64,000 nt of DNA, from NCBI GenBank assembly GCA_040217195.1, contig JAVJNR010000002.1, positions 480,001-544,000 on the forward strand, read 5' to 3'. The position numbers were made by a program, and so were the translations under genes. A model generated the notes under the pieces. It was not told the DNA's origin. It did no database searches and was given only the letters and a program-made list of their open reading frames with translations. This stretch comes from Leptospiraceae bacterium. GTDB lineage: Bacteria > Spirochaetota > Leptospiria > Leptospirales > Leptonemataceae. Of the stretch, positions 12,101-21,581 are shown piece by piece (position 1 is the stretch's first letter; every line of letters begins with the position of its first letter).

Positions 12101-12478
12101 ATGGCAAGGATAGCAGGCGTAGACCTACCAAGAGATAAGAGAGTTGTTGTTGGACTGACCTACATTTTCGGAATCGGTCCCTCTCTCAGTAAGCGTATTC
12201 TGAAGAAGGCCGGCATAGATGAGTCCATCCGAGTTCGGGACTTGGACGAACAGCAGGTAGCAAGCATCAGAAATACCATCTCTGGCGAATATCAAGTGGA
12301 AGGTGATCTTCGAACGGAAGTGAACCTGAACATCAAGCGACTGATGGATATTGGCTGCTATCGAGGGTTGCGCCATCGTATGGGACTGCCTGCTCGTGGG
12401 CAACGAACCCGTACCAACTCCCGTACCAGAAAGGGACGTCGCAAAACCGTGGCTAACAAGAAGAAGCCAGGTAAATAA
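12101..12478 (+). CDS. rpsM: 30S ribosomal protein S13
   Basis: [28 protein letters not shown]. Confidence 0.99.
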   Translation: MARIAGVDLPRDKRVVVGLTYIFGIGPSLSKRILKKAGIDESIRVRDLDEQQVASIRNTISGEYQVEGDLRTEVNLNIKRLMDIGCYRGLRHRMGLPARGQRTRTNSRTRKGRRKTVANKKKPGK

Positions 12479-12510
12479 GCAATAAGAGTTAATACCTCGC
12501 AGGGAAGACA

Positions 12511-12891
12511 ATGGCCAAGAGTAATAGAAAAAAGGAAAAGAAGAGCGTCGCAAGAGGCCGCGTTTATATTAACGCTACATTTAATAATACTATCATTACG
12601 ATCACGGATTTGCAGGGAAATACCCTGGCATGGTCCTCTTCCGGGCACCTGAACTTTCGCGGCTCTCGAAAATCTACGCCTTATGCGGCGCAGATGGCAG
12701 CAAGAAATGCGGCGGAGAAGGCAAGAGAGTACGGTCTACGAGAAGTAGAAGTGCTGGTCAAAGGCCCGGGAATTGGACGCGAATCCGCTATTCGTGCGCT
12801 GGCCAATGAAGGCTATCATGTGAGCACCATTCGGGATGTAACGCCACTGCCTCATAACGGTTGCCGGCCCAAGAAGAAACGAAGGGTATAA
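12511..12891 (+). CDS. rpsK: 30S ribosomal protein S11
   Basis: [30 protein letters not shown]. Confidence 0.99.
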   Translation: MAKSNRKKEKKSVARGRVYINATFNNTIITITDLQGNTLAWSSSGHLNFRGSRKSTPYAAQMAARNAAEKAREYGLREVEVLVKGPGIGRESAIRALANEGYHVSTIRDVTPLPHNGCRPKKKRRV

Positions 12892-12921
12892 TCCCTCCAA
12901 TCTTTATTCAGGAGATTTACT

Positions 12922-13914
12922 TTGAGTCCCAAACATCTGCTAAGAGGCTTCAAAAGACCACGCCAGATCGAGTTTACTACCGATGCTGAACAGCCAGGAT
13001 ACGGTCGCTTTATTGCGGAGCCGTTTGAGCGTGGCTTTGGAACCACTATCGCCAATTCACTGAGGCGAACTCTAATGTCTTCGATAGAAGGTACAGCGAT
13101 TACAGCTGTACGTATTGAAGGTGTGCCTCATGAATTCTCTACAATTGAAGGCGTCGTAGAGGACGTTACCCGCATTATCCTTAACTTGAAGCAGGTTCGA
13201 GCTACATATGAAGCTGAGAACCGCGATGAGCCACGTGTCATTCATATTGAGAAGAGGGGGGCAGGAGTCCTTCGAGCCTCCGATCTTGCCGTGGACTCGT
13301 CCATTCAAATATTGAATCCGGATCTGCACATTGCTACGCTGAATGAAGATGCGAACCTGGTTATGGATCTTCAGTTCGAGCGTGGACGAGGTTATTTGCC
13401 TTCAGAAATACTTAAGAAGAATATCGATGAGATAGGCACCATTCCGGTGGATGCACTGTTCTCTCCGGTAAAGCGAGTAAACTTTCAGATCGCAGAAACC
13501 CGTGTAGGTCAGCGAACTGACTATGAAAAAATGATTCTGGAAGTATGGACCGATGGTTCCATAGCTCCCGAGGATGCCGTAGCTCAGGCTGCCAAAATTC
13601 TCAAAGAGCACCTGACGGTATTCATCAACTTTGATGAAGAACCGGAGGAAGAAGACGACGAACCAGATGAATTGGAAGAAACGCTTCGCCAGAACCTGGA
13701 GAAGCACATCGAAGAACTGGAAGTGTCAGTGCGCACACTCAGCATGCTGAAAAGCTTAGAAATTGAGTATGTTGCAGATGTTGTACGTCGTACCGAGGAA
13801 GAATTCCAGAAGTCCCGACATTTCTCCTCTCAGTGTGTAGAGGAAGTGCGTCAGAAACTGGCTGAGATGAACCTTGAGTTCGGGATGCGGGATTTCTTCG
13901 CTACCAGAGACTGA
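12922..13914 (+). CDS. rpoA: RNA polymerase alpha subunit (TTG start)
   Basis: [44 protein letters not shown] 7 nt upstream. Confidence 0.99.
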   Translation: MSPKHLLRGFKRPRQIEFTTDAEQPGYGRFIAEPFERGFGTTIANSLRRTLMSSIEGTAITAVRIEGVPHEFSTIEGVVEDVTRIILNLKQVRATYEAENRDEPRVIHIEKRGAGVLRASDLAVDSSIQILNPDLHIATLNEDANLVMDLQFERGRGYLPSEILKKNIDEIGTIPVDALFSPVKRVNFQIAETRVGQRTDYEKMILEVWTDGSIAPEDAVAQAAKILKEHLTVFINFDEEPEEEDDEPDELEETLRQNLEKHIEELEVSVRTLSMLKSLEIEYVADVVRRTEEEFQKSRHFSSQCVEEVRQKLAEMNLEFGMRDFFATRD

Positions 13915-13958
13915 TGAAGATTGGCCTCTCTATTGGGGGGCATTAGAGAAGCGATATT

Positions 13959-14516
13959 ATGAGAAAGAGAAACAGTGTAAAACAGTTGAATCGAGTTACT
14001 TCGCACCGTCATGCGATGATGCGAAACATGGTAACCAGTCTTTTCGATCATGAGCGAATCATCACTACCAGGGCTCGTGCTAAAGCCTTGCGTCCGTACA
14101 CTGAAAAGCTGATCACCAGAGCGCGAAAGAACCTGGATCCGGCCACCAATGATCATGCGAAGCTTCATAATAAGCGTGAAATAATGAAAATTGTTCGCGA
14201 TCGAGACATCGTGAAAAAGCTGTTTGAAGACATCGCAGAACGCTTTAAAGAGCGCCCGGGTGGATACACTCGAATCATCCATCTTCCGGAGCGTGCTTCG
14301 GACAGTGCTCAGATGAGCATCATCGAACTGGTTGAGCGGAAAGAACGACCTCGCCGAGAACGTAGAGCCCGTGCCACAGCCGTTGCCGGGGATGCACCTG
14401 CGGCTACTCAGGACTCGCCCAAAAAGTCCGGCGTTCCGCAAAGAGAGAAGAAATGGTTCAGTCGATTCCGCAAAGATAAAGAGGAAGGCGGAGAAGAAGA
14501 AAGCTCCGAGAGCTGA
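13959..14516 (+). CDS. rplQ: 50S ribosomal protein L17 with charged C-terminal extension
   Basis: HERIITT..RAK, RPGGYTRI, D.A.M.IIELV. Confidence 0.98.
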   Translation: MRKRNSVKQLNRVTSHRHAMMRNMVTSLFDHERIITTRARAKALRPYTEKLITRARKNLDPATNDHAKLHNKREIMKIVRDRDIVKKLFEDIAERFKERPGGYTRIIHLPERASDSAQMSIIELVERKERPRRERRARATAVAGDAPAATQDSPKKSGVPQREKKWFSRFRKDKEEGGEEESSES

Positions 14517-14568
14517 TTCTGCTGATACAGCCTCGGGACGTCCATGATGGGACATCCTTGCTAAAGTG

Positions 14569-14596
14569 AAGCCGGCCTGAGAGGGTCGGCTTTTTT
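14569..14596 (+). terminator. Intrinsic terminator ending the ribosomal superoperon
   Basis: GCCGGCC-tgagag-GGTCGGC stem (one G-U) followed by TTTTTT. Confidence 0.85.
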
Positions 14597-14626
14597 CGTA
14601 ATCGGGAAGGTTAGTCCAGTAGCTGA

Positions 14627-15421
14627 TTATCGGAGGGGTTGAGCCGGTGGCGCAGGGCAGCTGTCCAGCATGTATCCTATAATTCTATTTATTCGCTTAC
14701 TCGAATAGAAAGGTGGATTCGTTCCATTATCTGCCATCGAATACTTGCTGGGAGAGTCCCAGAGGTGAGGCACGAATCCAAACAGAAGTGAAAACCGGTA
14801 CCAAATGTCGATTGCAAGGCTTCTTTCGCAAAAAACCGGACCGGTGCCCTGTTGAAGCTTCAATTGAATATTCATACGGTTTGTCACAGAACGAGCCGGG
14901 AAAAGTCCCAGGGTCACCGCACCGGCCAGTCCCTGGATTACAAAAGGATGAAATTCACCCTCTGGCAGCATGCTTACCGTAGATAGGTCCACTTCTAATA
15001 TTAGGTCTGGAGCTGCCCCGGTCTCTTCCTGGAACCGGCTTTGGACGTCCGGGCCAGTGTCCCATTCGCTTTCAACGGACCTGCCTGTATATAAGGTAAC
15101 CCTTGTCTGGCCATCGGTGTACTCTCCTACTTCTTCACCGGTTCCCCAGGCATAGAGCGTTGCATCGATCCTAACAGAATGCTTCTTGAATTCTTCCCCG
15201 GGCTGGTGTTCGGAAAGATCCTCGAGTGAAAATTCCTGAAAGCGGGCATCACTTACTTTGTAAGGCGGAGCGGATACTGGATGCAATGCTGGTCCCCGGG
15301 CACCGCCCACAAATAGGGTTCCCGTGTATCGATCAGGTGCATCAGCCAGGAAGGATATGCAATGGATAGTTGGAAAAGAAAGAAGAGCGATGAGCAAAGC
15401 AGGCCGAATTGTCCATTTCAT
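14627..15421 (-). CDS. Hypothetical lipoprotein
   Basis: 264-aa ORF; signal peptide MKWTIRPALLIALLSFPTIH-C with spirochaetal-type lipobox. Confidence 0.6.
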   Translation of the reverse strand: MKWTIRPALLIALLSFPTIHCISFLADAPDRYTGTLFVGGARGPALHPVSAPPYKVSDARFQEFSLEDLSEHQPGEEFKKHSVRIDATLYAWGTGEEVGEYTDGQTRVTLYTGRSVESEWDTGPDVQSRFQEETGAAPDLILEVDLSTVSMLPEGEFHPFVIQGLAGAVTLGLFPARSVTNRMNIQLKLQQGTGPVFCERSLAIDIWYRFSLLFGFVPHLWDSPSKYSMADNGTNPPFYSSKRINRIIGYMLDSCPAPPAQPLR

Positions 15422-15434
15422 TCAAGCGATTGTA

Positions 15435-15453
15435 TCATAAATAGTATTTATGA
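15435..15453. promoter_or_regulatory. Perfect 9-1-9 inverted repeat, candidate operator
   Basis: TCATAAATA-G-TATTTATGA, about 14 nt upstream of the lipoprotein start codon. Confidence 0.5.
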
Positions 15454-15534
15454 AAACCTATTTTTATTGGATCTTGCGGACCTATTCTGCTGCCGTGATC
15501 GGAAAAGGCAGTAGGGTTCTGAAACTGCCCGGTC

Positions 15535-15954
15535 CTAAATATAGTACATCAGTCCTTCTTCTGCTTCCTGGTTTTTTCTTACAAACTCCGTGAGCGGGAT
15601 TTCGAGGATGTGCCGAATCTTGCTGTCCAGTTCGTTCCAGAAAACCCCCTGCCGCCCCTCTCGAAGGTCTGCATCTTTCTCCAGCACAGAAAGATCGCCT
15701 TCCAGGGCATTCAGGATTTCGTAAACCGTAATTGTATCCGGCTCCCGCGCAAGACGGTAGCCCCCTTCTGAACCTCGAACACTGTGCACCAGCCGCCGCT
15801 TCTTCAGGGTGTTAATGATTTGTTCCAGGTATTTCACCGGAATGCTTTGTTTTTCTGCAATTTCACGGGTTTTTAACAACCGAGCTCTGGCCTCTGGCTC
15901 GCAGAGGGTCATCATAGCTTTCAATCCATATCTGCCTTTACTTGTGATCTTCAC
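15535..15954 (-). CDS. Rrf2-family transcriptional regulator, CymR-like (no Fe-S cysteine triad)
   Basis: MKITSKGRYGL, YLEQI...L, SVRG..GGY.L wHTH; C-terminus GLMYYI. Confidence 0.9.
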   Translation of the reverse strand: MKITSKGRYGLKAMMTLCEPEARARLLKTREIAEKQSIPVKYLEQIINTLKKRRLVHSVRGSEGGYRLAREPDTITVYEILNALEGDLSVLEKDADLREGRQGVFWNELDSKIRHILEIPLTEFVRKNQEAEEGLMYYI

Positions 15955-16045
15955 TTCGATGCCCTTCTCCGTAGGATGATTACATTTTTTTTGCTGTCCC
16001 TCTTGCTTTCCAATGTATTTTCGTTAAATTCTGGCGGATTGTCCT

Positions 16046-16936
16046 GTGAACCATGAATTTGAAATCCATGCACCGAGAATATCGGAAGAGGAACTGGAAG
16101 CCATAATCCGCAGGCGTCTGGCCAGTCGAAATCTGGACCCGGCGGAAGTGGAGCGAGTGGAGAGTCTTAGCTTTTCCCCTCTATCTGGCACCGGGATGAA
16201 GGGCTTTGACCCGGCGGAAACCGCCGACCTGTTCGAAAGGTCCGCCACAGTCCCCAATTTTCGTTCCGGCAAATTCAGATGGTTGAAAGGTCCCCTGGCC
16301 GGTCTGGCTCGATGGATATATCGCCTGTTTTCTGCTCTGGTGGACAAACTTTCCGAGCACAAAATCGAGGCATTTTATAACGTAATCGGTGAGCTGATAT
16401 TCCTGCGAAGACAGGTCAGCGATTTGCAGGCTAGATTGGGAGGCGATTCCACCGCCTATCAGAGATCAGATGATCTCTACGTTGCACCTCCTACACATCA
16501 TGGCCTGGAGCTGGAACGGGATCCACTGTACGCCGATTGCCGCTCACTGCTTCAATTACTGGAAGAACAAAGCCTGACAGCTCCACTATCGATTATCGAT
16601 GATGCGGGCGGATATATGCAAATGGCTGCTTCGAGCAGCGGCCTGGAAAGCGATAGCATTGCCTCCATGGATTTGATTTTTCAGGATTCATTCTATCTTC
16701 GTCCGGGAAGCGTTGTTGCCATCCCATCTTTTCAAAATCTGCGATGCAGTCCTGCTTATTTGATCTCTGCCCTCCGTCGATTTGCAGGCCAGAATTCCTA
16801 TCTATTAATAGGCACTGATCTGGCTACATCGGAATATCTTGAATCGCTGAAATCTGTATGTCTGGCCAGGGGCTATGAACTTCTAAGTCAAAAGAAGGAT
16901 TCCGATCGACAGGGCTTTCTCTTTATTCTGCGATAA
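16046..16936 (+). CDS. Hypothetical protein coupled to a glycosyltransferase
   Basis: 296-aa ORF whose stop overlaps the GT4 start (TAATG). Confidence 0.7.
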   Translation: MNHEFEIHAPRISEEELEAIIRRRLASRNLDPAEVERVESLSFSPLSGTGMKGFDPAETADLFERSATVPNFRSGKFRWLKGPLAGLARWIYRLFSALVDKLSEHKIEAFYNVIGELIFLRRQVSDLQARLGGDSTAYQRSDDLYVAPPTHHGLELERDPLYADCRSLLQLLEEQSLTAPLSIIDDAGGYMQMAASSSGLESDSIASMDLIFQDSFYLRPGSVVAIPSFQNLRCSPAYLISALRRFAGQNSYLLIGTDLATSEYLESLKSVCLARGYELLSQKKDSDRQGFLFILR

Positions 16937-18099
16937 TGGCCCGCCTACTTCAACTCAGTCCAGGAGTGGCACCATACGATGCCACCCTTTCTCTGATGCT
17001 CGGTATAGTTCGTATCTTTCGCCGACAGGGGCATTACAGACATTTCGACCTGGCAGCCAGGCACGTTCCCTCTGGATTTAGAATCCGGGGTCATGGAGTG
17101 AGCAGAAACAGAGTTCAATCATTGGATGACCTGGATCTAAAAAAATATTCTTCTGAAGATTTGCTCATTTATCATCATGGAATTGCCAGCGATGCGGAAG
17201 GGATTATTCGACAATTTCCAGGTAATCGATTTATAGTATATCATGGGCTTACTCCGGCCAGTTTTTACCTTCCTTACAACCTAACCGTTGCCGGTCGCCT
17301 GGAAAGAGGCCGCCGGGAATTGCAACGCCTGGCCTCTGCTTTCGAAAGAGCCTATTGCTTTTCCCGAGTTACGGAGTCGGATCTTAGAGAGTCCGGATAT
17401 TTAAATATTCGCAAAGTTGACCCACCGCTGCAGGATGTGTGGTCCAATGTTCAGACAAGTAGCGACAGGGCCGAGGGGCAGCCACCTCTTTACGAAAATC
17501 AACGAAATCATTCGGAGCATCCCAGATCCAATTTCAATCCTGTGATCCTTTCAGTGGGTCGGATTGTTCCCAATAAGAATCATGAACCATTGATTCGAAT
17601 GATGGCCTATTTACGAAATTTGCATCCTTCTGCGCGACTCATTCTGGCCGGCGAGCTCCGGCCGGGGTTGGAGCACTATCACCGCCATTTGAAAGATCTG
17701 ATTCGCACACTGAAGCTGGAAGAGAATGTTGAATTAACCGGTCTTGTCGATGCGGCCTCTCTGGAAAAACTCTGGCACAGATCCAATCAGTATATCTGCA
17801 GTTCTTTGCATGAAGGATATTGTATTCCTCTGGTGGAAGCAATGGTGCGAAATCTGCCCGTACTCTATCTCAAATACTCCGGATCCGCGGCGGCTGAAAC
17901 CATGGACGGCGCTGGAATAGGTGTTTCAACGCTGGATCCGTCTTTTCTTGCAGAGTTGGTTTCTGAATTGCATACAAATGAAACACTATACGATTCAATA
18001 GTTAAAACTCAGCATCAGCGTTTGCAGCAGCTACGTCCAATGGAACTGGCTCAGGATATTCTGAATCAGATGGCCCTGGTGGGAGGAGTAGATGATTGA
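16936..18099 (+). CDS. Glycosyltransferase family 4 (GT-B)
   Basis: VGRIVPNKN and SLHEGYCIPLVEAM (E-x7-E) motifs. Confidence 0.9.
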   Translation: MARLLQLSPGVAPYDATLSLMLGIVRIFRRQGHYRHFDLAARHVPSGFRIRGHGVSRNRVQSLDDLDLKKYSSEDLLIYHHGIASDAEGIIRQFPGNRFIVYHGLTPASFYLPYNLTVAGRLERGRRELQRLASAFERAYCFSRVTESDLRESGYLNIRKVDPPLQDVWSNVQTSSDRAEGQPPLYENQRNHSEHPRSNFNPVILSVGRIVPNKNHEPLIRMMAYLRNLHPSARLILAGELRPGLEHYHRHLKDLIRTLKLEENVELTGLVDAASLEKLWHRSNQYICSSLHEGYCIPLVEAMVRNLPVLYLKYSGSAAAETMDGAGIGVSTLDPSFLAELVSELHTNETLYDSIVKTQHQRLQQLRPMELAQDILNQMALVGGVDD

Positions 18100-18754
18100 A
18101 CAACAGGTAGAAGAGATTATCGCCTATGTGCTCACCCTGCCCACTGTAGGGATGTACTGGTTTCTATTCGTAAGCACAATTATTGAAAATGTTTTTCCTC
18201 CCTGGCCGGGTGATACGATGATTGTCCTTGCTGGATTCCTGATGGCTCACGATGCAGTGGATCCGATCGAAGTTTCGCTGGTTACCCTGGCCGGGAATAT
18301 GGTGGGAGCCTACATAATGTACTTCGCAGGGGAGGGCCTTCTTGCGCTGGCACGCAGGTACCATGCGAAAATCTCCTGGGCCTGGGCTAGACGTCAAATT
18401 GAAGAGCTGATTTCCCCTGAATCCATGGACCGCACCGCCCACTGGTTTAGAAAATGGGGACTATGGTTTGTTCTATTTTCGCGCTTTTCTGCCGGAATTC
18501 GTTTCTTTGTTAGCATCATTGCTGGAATTTCGCGCACCAATCTGTTACTATTCTCGCTTTCCTTTGCAATTGGAGTTCTGATCTGGAACTCTCTTCTGCT
18601 CTATGGCGGGTATGCACTTGGCGAAAACTGGAGGCAGATTCTGGACTGGCTTCGAGTTTATAACATAGTGGTTATTTCACTGATGGTTGTTGTAGTGCTG
18701 GGATATCTTTATTATCGTTTTAAGAAAAATTCAATCAGTCCTACGGATATATAG
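18092..18754 (+). CDS. DedA family membrane protein
   Basis: ENVFPPWPGD, AG, F.KWG...V..SRF..GIR. Confidence 0.92.
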   Translation: MIEQQVEEIIAYVLTLPTVGMYWFLFVSTIIENVFPPWPGDTMIVLAGFLMAHDAVDPIEVSLVTLAGNMVGAYIMYFAGEGLLALARRYHAKISWAWARRQIEELISPESMDRTAHWFRKWGLWFVLFSRFSAGIRFFVSIIAGISRTNLLLFSLSFAIGVLIWNSLLLYGGYALGENWRQILDWLRVYNIVVISLMVVVVLGYLYYRFKKNSISPTDI

Positions 18755-18985
18755 CGCGCATAGCCCAGACGATGGAAATCCACAGACGTGCAGGCTGGAG
18801 TATGCCGGCGCAATACCGTTCAACTATGTGTAGGCTCAAGATATAAAGAATGGCCAATATAGTGGGGATATCATTCCAGAAATTCCTGCGGCCGGGTAAC
18901 GCAGAACGAATCGTCAATGGCAATGAACCGTATTGGATCGGTTGGATATCGGGAACACTACTATTTCCAGGAGGTTAGCTCTACA

Positions 18986-19729
18986 ATGACGGATTCTCAG
19001 CTGATGATCCAGGCCGCTGCAAAGGCCCGCTCGGTCGCTGTTATAACAGGAGCCGGCATGTCTCGAGAGAGTGGAATCCCGACATTTCGGGGACAGGATG
19101 GTCTATGGAAAAATTTTCGTCCGGAAGAGTTGGCCAGTCCGGATGCCTTTAATCGCGATCCGCTGCTGGTCTGGGAATGGTACGAATGGAGAAGACAGAT
19201 CGTTCTGAAAGCGAAGCCTCATGAAGGTCACCATGTGGTGGCTCAGATGGAAGATCATTACCCAGAATTTTTGCTCATTACTCAGAATGTGGACGGCCTG
19301 CATCCTCGGGCTGGAAATGAAAAGTTGATAGAGATCCACGGCTCCATAAATCGAGCTCGTTGCACTCGTTGCCAGGTCCGTTTTGAACTTGATCTGCAAA
19401 CCCTTCGGGATCTGCCGTTGAAATGCAAATGCGGCGGACTTGCCAGACCGGATGTAGTCTGGTTTGGAGAATCCTATGATTCTTCCTTGCTTTCTGCCAG
19501 CATGGATTTTCTGTCCACGGCCGACATGGTATGGGTCATTGGCAGTTCGGGAATGGTTTCCGTACCTGTGTATCTGGCAGCTCAGGCCCGAGATAGCGGC
19601 GCCTTTCTTGTGGATCTCAATCCGGAAGAGGCGGAATTTTCTCGTTACTGTGACGTAAAGATCAGAGCCAAAGCCGGGGAATTTCTACCTCAGTTCTGGC
19701 AAGCGCTACTGGCAGCAAAGAGCGAATGA
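18986..19729 (+). CDS. cobB: NAD-dependent protein deacylase (class III sirtuin)
   Basis: TGAGMSRESGIPTFRG, WEWYEWRR (Y-x2-R), TQNVDGLH, HGS, CxxC...CxC, RPDVVWFGE; ATG 18986 has a GGAGG RBS (ORF track starts at 18917). Confidence 0.93.
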   Translation: MTDSQLMIQAAAKARSVAVITGAGMSRESGIPTFRGQDGLWKNFRPEELASPDAFNRDPLLVWEWYEWRRQIVLKAKPHEGHHVVAQMEDHYPEFLLITQNVDGLHPRAGNEKLIEIHGSINRARCTRCQVRFELDLQTLRDLPLKCKCGGLARPDVVWFGESYDSSLLSASMDFLSTADMVWVIGSSGMVSVPVYLAAQARDSGAFLVDLNPEEAEFSRYCDVKIRAKAGEFLPQFWQALLAAKSE

Positions 19730-19780
19730 GATTGACAGCGAATGTATGATTGAGCCCTTTGCGATGCATACATTCGGTTC

Positions 19781-19854
<74 letters not shown>

Positions 19855-19879
19855 CATCTCCATGACAGCTTTCTTATTT

Positions 19880-19978
19880 GTGGTGCGGGGCCAGTCCTCG
19901 CCCAACGCGCGACCCCTCCATGGGTCGAGCGTTGGGATTGGGACTTCCTGTCCCGTTCTCGGACAGGCCCCGCACCAC
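19880..19978. repeat. About 99-nt palindromic REP/MITE-like or ncRNA-like element
   Basis: Perfect 13-bp terminal inverted repeat GTGGTGCGGGGCC/GGCCCCGCACCAC with nested stems CCCAACGC/GCGTTGGG, CGACCC/GGGTCG and TGTCC/GGACA. Confidence 0.7.
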
Positions 19979-20085
19979 TTCAAGTAAGGACCTGTTCGAT
20001 GTGAGGGGGTTGGAGGAAAGCCTTCGGCTTTCCTATATGGAACGTAATCCCTCCATGGATCGAGCAAACGGATTGCAATCTAGCC

Positions 20086-20111
20086 GGGGGGCAACCTGAG
20101 GTTGCCCTTTT
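20086..20111 (+). terminator. Probable intrinsic terminator downstream of tRNA-Val
   Basis: GGGCAACC-tga-GGTTGCCC followed by TTTT. Confidence 0.6.
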
Positions 20112-20315
20112 GATTACTCTCGCCTTTCAGTTGAGCCTGTTGCATTCTCAGGCACGTGCCGCGCCCCTCAAAATTGAGGACCTTCGATGTGGCGACCGGA
20201 AGTACATCTCCATGACAGCTTTCTTATTTGTGGTGCGGGCCCAGTTCGATGTGGTGGGCTTGCCGGGGTGACAAAATCTAATTTACCTTCCTCTGCATCC
20301 CGGGATCATGGGCTC

Positions 20316-21581
20316 ATGACGCAGCGTAGCAAAATCCTTGCTTATTCGGGAGCCCTGTTCGCTCTCATTGGGGCAATCATAAGCGCCATTCTGGTGGCCA
20401 AGCATTCCTTTCCAGACCTGATCCAATCCTCTGTTGGTTGTGACATAGATGGCACCGATGCCTGTAAGGCTCTGGGGCAGACCGAGTATGCTCATGTTTT
20501 TGGCGTTCCCATAGCTGCCTTTGGTTTCTTCTTCTATATTCTGGTTCTGGTGAGCTTCATTCGAATCACATTTATGCATCATCCAGGGAAGATCCTGGGT
20601 TTGATCGTATTTCTTGGTGCAGTAGGCATCTTTGTGGATCTGGTTCTCGGTGTGATAAACCTGGGCATTCTGGAGAAACCCTGTATTCTATGTATTTATA
20701 CTTATCTTACAACGGCTGGAGTGATGATTATGGCTGCCATGCTATTTAGAAGTGAAGTGAAGAGTAATAAAGTTAAACCAAGCGCTGCCATTGACTGGCC
20801 TGCCCTGGCCATTCATTCCATAATCGCACTGGTGATTTCGCTGGGGCTTTACGGATGCTATTCTTTGATTAATCCTTCCAGTGTAACGCCGGCCGGCGGT
20901 CTTCCTCTAATCCCCACCGAGCAAGTGGACCAGATAGTGGCGGATTTTGAAACCCTGCCGGAAGCGAAGCTTTCTACAGATGGTCTAAAGACCGTGGATG
21001 GTGCAGAAAACGCCTACATTGTGATTCAGGAGTTTGCAGACTTTCTCTGCCCTCATTGTCGCCACACTACAGAAATGGTTACGAAACTCAAGGAGCGATG
21101 GCCAGGTAGAATTAAGGTTTATTATCGCCAATTCCCACTCGATGGTACTTGCAATCCTATGATCCAGGGTGTGCGAAAGCCTCTGGGGGACTGGCGATGC
21201 AACGCTGCCCAGGCTACTGTTTGTGCCGGTGGTTCAGAGAATTTCGGAAAATTCTATCATGATGTTTTTGCATTGCAGGAAAACAATCCGCCGGTAATGA
21301 CCCCTGAAACAATTCGCCCAATCGCAGAGAAGCATGGTCTGAACTGGGATGAGATATATCAATGTATGGGTTCTGCGCGGAGCCAACAGCTGATCAATGC
21401 AGACGTACAGGCCGGAAAGTCCATACAGATTAATTCTACTCCTCTTGTAATTCTTAATGACCGTATTCTCAGTCGGGGATCTCCGCATGAGCAATTTCTA
21501 TTTCACCTGGTGGATGCACTGGTGTATAAAAAAGAAGGTGAGGCCGCTTTTAAAGAACTGAATGAAAGGTCTCGAAATTAA
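20316..21581 (+). CDS. VKOR-DsbA/thioredoxin fusion disulfide-bond formation protein
   Basis: VKOR loop cysteines (GC...AC) and CILC; C-terminal FADFLCPHC and STP cis-Pro; ATG 20316 preferred over 20187, which lies in the repeat region. Confidence 0.88.
   Translation: MTQRSKILAYSGALFALIGAIISAILVAKHSFPDLIQSSVGCDIDGTDACKALGQTEYAHVFGVPIAAFGFFFYILVLVSFIRITFMHHPGKILGLIVFLGAVGIFVDLVLGVINLGILEKPCILCIYTYLTTAGVMIMAAMLFRSEVKSNKVKPSAAIDWPALAIHSIIALVISLGLYGCYSLINPSSVTPAGGLPLIPTEQVDQIVADFETLPEAKLSTDGLKTVDGAENAYIVIQEFADFLCPHCRHTTEMVTKLKERWPGRIKVYYRQFPLDGTCNPMIQGVRKPLGDWRCNAAQATVCAGGSENFGKFYHDVFALQENNPPVMTPETIRPIAEKHGLNWDEIYQCMGSARSQQLINADVQAGKSIQINSTPLVILNDRILSRGSPHEQFLFHLVDALVYKKEGEAAFKELNERSRN

Noticed and set aside
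655..14555. Many antisense or alternative-frame ORFs over the ribosomal operon (e.g. 13851-14555 minus)
   Set aside because: These are shadow ORFs of highly conserved genes with no motifs.
18755..18985. 230-bp gap between dedA and cobB as an sRNA or pseudogene (60-aa minus ORF)
   Set aside because: No convincing structure, RBS or recognisable motif.
18986..19729. Sirtuin as an anti-phage NADase (Thoeris/DSR type)
   Set aside because: It has the size, zinc ribbon and Y-x2-R pocket of an ordinary CobB deacylase, with no defence partners.
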